From contig NZ_CP040089.1 in the NCBI RefSeq assembly GCF_009617975.1, forward strand, positions 300,001-332,000: a stretch of DNA of 32,000 nucleotides. Direction: 5' to 3'. Below, piece after piece: positions 29,838 through 32,000 of the stretch. Below the pieces are notes generated by a model that was not told where the DNA came from, did no database searches, and saw nothing but the letters and a program-made list of their open reading frames with translations. Source of the DNA: Candidatus Nanohalobium constans. GTDB lineage: Archaea > Nanohalarchaeota > Nanosalinia > Nanosalinales > Nanosalinaceae. Within the stretch, counting starts at the first letter, position 1. Each line of letters begins with the position of its first letter. Made by a program: the position numbers and the translations under genes.

Positions 29838-32000
29838 ATGAGTCGGAGATTGTGTTTTTTTGTGTTGGTTTTTCTGATGTTTTCGGGGTTTGGTCTGTCT
29901 CAGGCTTCTGCTGATAATTTGGATGCTAGTGTTGAGACGTCTGGTGATTTTGTTTTGGGTAGGTCGGTGACTTCAGTGTTCAGTTATGATATTGATGATC
30001 CCTATGAGCCGGTTGATACTTCTTTGGTTATTGATGAGTCCGGAAGTATGGATGGTGTGATGGATGATGCTAAAGATGCTGCAAAGACGTATGTGGAGAA
30101 TACGAATACTGGTCAGGGGGATGAGAATGCGGTGGTGGAGTTTGAGGATACTGCTAGTACTATTCAGTCGCTTACTTCTAGTAAGCAGGATGCTAAGGAT
30201 GAGATTGATTCAATTGACGCTGGTGGTGGAACAGAATTGCCTGCGGGTGTAAGTGAGGGACATGATTCTCTGGAATCTGGTACGAATGCTGAGCAGGTTA
30301 TGATTGTTTTGGCTGATGGGGATGGGAATGATCCTGGTTATGAGGCGGATCAGGCTAGGGCTGATGGAATCAAGATACATGGTATACTTTATGGATCGGA
30401 TGCTAGTACCAGTGAATTTGAAAGCTTGACGGGTTCTGATTGTACGACTGACTCTAGTGAGAATGGTGATGGTGATAATTGCTGGTATGCTGAGCCAGGT
30501 ACGATTAATTCTGTTTATACTTCTATAAGAGAGACTACTCAGACTGAAACAGATACTGATATTAGGATGAGGCTTAGGGATTTCGCATACGAGAGCCATG
30601 GGAATTATGAGTCGAGAAATGAGTTATCGGGGGAGAATCAGGAGTTTGTCCGTAGTTATGACAATGTAGATTCTGGTAGTTATAAGGAAGAGTTCAAGTG
30701 GCGACCAACTGTCAAAGGAACTGAAACTGAGATGGTTACAGGAGACTCATTAATCGAGGTTACATCTGAAGGAGAGACAAATGAGTTTATGTTTCCGGGT
30801 CCTAAGCTAGAGGATGTAGATTACGTGGATTTCAATATTTCAGGTTATTCTGTTCGGAGAACTAGTACAGGTGTTGGTGTGGAAGTTTCAGTTACAAATG
30901 AAGGTACGGAACCATCTTACAAGAATGAAGTACGATTAGAGGATTCTTCAGGGAATTATAAGGTTAAAGAGATTCCGGTTCTTGATCCTGGTGAATCTAC
31001 TGAAATCTCTTATTCCTTTTCAAATTCTCATAAGATATTTGACAATCCTGAAGAATTAAAGCTGCATGTCGATCCTCCAGGAGATTTAAGCGGTCAACCT
31101 GAAGGTTTCTGGGATGGAACTGGTCATGGTGAGGGCGATACTTTGGAGCCAAATGAAGATAATAATGATGAACCTATTGGTTTTCCCCCTATTTTAGACT
31201 CTGTTTCTCCTGACAATGTGGATTGGAATGATGTTTATGCTCCTAAGTTTACTGTTAGGCATCATGCCCCTGATAGGGTTTCTGGAGTGTACAATTTTAC
31301 CAATAAGACAGTCTTGGAAGATGAGGATGAAGAGCTGTCGACAGTCCCAAACCCAGATTCAAGTAATGAGGCGGTTTTGAAGACCGATCAGTATCGTGCA
31401 GATCCTGCTGAGAGGTATTATAATTTTACTGTTAATTTGACTGATGGCGATAATACCTATTCTGTTTTCGATGCAAAGAGTTATTATCCTGTAAATCCTC
31501 CTCCCAAGGCTTCAGCTGTTAATCCGGAAAACGGAGGATTTATCTCTGAATTCCCTGTAACCTTGGCTTCTGAGGTCAATGATGCGAACTCTGAGTACCA
31601 TGGTAGAACTCTTGACGTATCAATTTACGATCATAATGATCAAAAGCTTACTTCCGCTAAAGTGATGCCTAGCGATGTAATTAACTATGACTGGGATGTC
31701 CCAGATGCTGTTGAGAAAGAATATGAATGGACTGTAGAAGTAGAAGATAAGTGGGATGCAATAAACAGGACGTTCTCTTTCACCAAGATCATAGGCAGTT
31801 CATACAGAAGCAAGCTTTCAGCTGACTTAAACTATACTTCGATAATTATGGAGGCGGGTTCGAACGAGTATGCGACTTTGAGCATTGAAAATGAGGTAAA
31901 TAACAGGAAAAATATCACAATTAATCTGAACGGGGTTGAAGCCGAATTTGTTGATGGGGAGGATTCTAAAACTATACCTAACTTCCCTAAGCAGTCTGTG
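29838..32000 (+). CDS. Large secreted surface protein with vWA and CARDB-like domains (3' end outside the window)
   Basis: It is absent from the ORF track because no stop is reached. I translated frame 3 by hand from ATG 29838 to base 32000 and saw no stop. The signal peptide is MSRRLCFFVLVFLMFSGFGLSQASA. The vWA MIDAS is LVIDESGSMDG ... DAGGGTEL ... MIVLADGDGND. The CARDB-like segment is DFNISGYSVRRTSTGVGVEVSVTNEGTEPSYKNEVRLEDSSGNYKVKEIPVLDPGESTEISYSF. The protein is very acidic. Confidence 0.75.
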   Translation, partial: MSRRLCFFVLVFLMFSGFGLSQASADNLDASVETSGDFVLGRSVTSVFSYDIDDPYEPVDTSLVIDESGSMDGVMDDAKDAAKTYVENTNTGQGDENAVVEFEDTASTIQSLTSSKQDAKDEIDSIDAGGGTELPAGVSEGHDSLESGTNAEQVMIVLADGDGNDPGYEADQARADGIKIHGILYGSDASTSEFESLTGSDCTTDSSENGDGDNCWYAEPGTINSVYTSIRETTQTETDTDIRMRLRDFAYESHGNYESRNELSGENQEFVRSYDNVDSGSYKEEFKWRPTVKGTETEMVTGDSLIEVTSEGETNEFMFPGPKLEDVDYVDFNISGYSVRRTSTGVGVEVSVTNEGTEPSYKNEVRLEDSSGNYKVKEIPVLDPGESTEISYSFSNSHKIFDNPEELKLHVDPPGDLSGQPEGFWDGTGHGEGDTLEPNEDNNDEPIGFPPILDSVSPDNVDWNDVYAPKFTVRHHAPDRVSGVYNFTNKTVLEDEDEELSTVPNPDSSNEAVLKTDQYRADPAERYYNFTVNLTDGDNTYSVFDAKSYYPVNPPPKASAVNPENGGFISEFPVTLASEVNDANSEYHGRTLDVSIYDHNDQKLTSAKVMPSDVINYDWDVPDAVEKEYEWTVEVEDKWDAINRTFSFTKIIGSSYRSKLSADLNYTSIIMEAGSNEYATLSIENEVNNRKNITINLNGVEAEFVDGEDSKTIPNFPKQSV

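Noticed and set aside
30064-30599. ORFs 30064..30252+ and 30210..30599- from the track.
   Set aside because: Both are out of frame or antisense within the long frame-3 ORF (29838 onward). That ORF has a signal peptide plus vWA and CARDB motifs.
1-32000. Search for CRISPR arrays, rRNA or tRNA genes, IS elements, integrases and reverse transcriptases (for example a DGR that could explain the A-rich blocks).
   Set aside because: I saw no regularly spaced direct repeats and no RNA-gene-like conserved segments. No ORF has transposase, integrase or RT motifs. The A/C-rich blocks are coding and lack a template/variable repeat pair.

Overview
The window is a very compact, gene-dense archaeal segment with about 30 protein genes and no rRNA, tRNA, CRISPR, transposase or integrase that I could recognise. 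Archaeal hallmarks are aRF1 with NIKS and GGQ, an archaeal-type SAM synthetase, an Lhr helicase, a eukaryote/archaea-type MetRS with HLGN, and TATA-like boxes about 27 nt upstream of start codons. Internal operon genes instead carry GGAGGTG-type Shine-Dalgarno sites. Most proteins are strongly acidic and intergenic space is minimal, so I infer a halophilic, small-genome (DPANN / Nanohaloarchaeota-like) archaeon; this is inference only. Housekeeping genes are trxA, mscS, a ThiF/MoeB-type E1, lhr, tatD, metK (archaeal MAT), dcd, prf1, valS, metG, a metallophosphoesterase, an MBL-fold hydrolase, a HAD-IIA phosphatase and a DUF368 membrane protein. Accessory content includes a vapBC toxin-antitoxin pair with a coupled micro-ORF and a NYN-domain protein. 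There are three vWA-domain envelope proteins, one also carrying a CARDB domain and running off the 3' end. Other accessory genes are a Q/N-rich disordered protein, a Tat-signal fibre-like protein pair at the 5' edge, a secreted gluzincin-like protein with a variant motif, and a small operon of acidic orphan proteins. The most unusual signal is compositional. The + strand alternates between A/C-rich and G/T-rich blocks of 0.3-4.5 kb. Block boundaries fall inside intact genes, and block identity carries through most changes of gene orientation. Four of the five convergent gene pairs have interlocked stop codons (YTAR) with no intergenic space.
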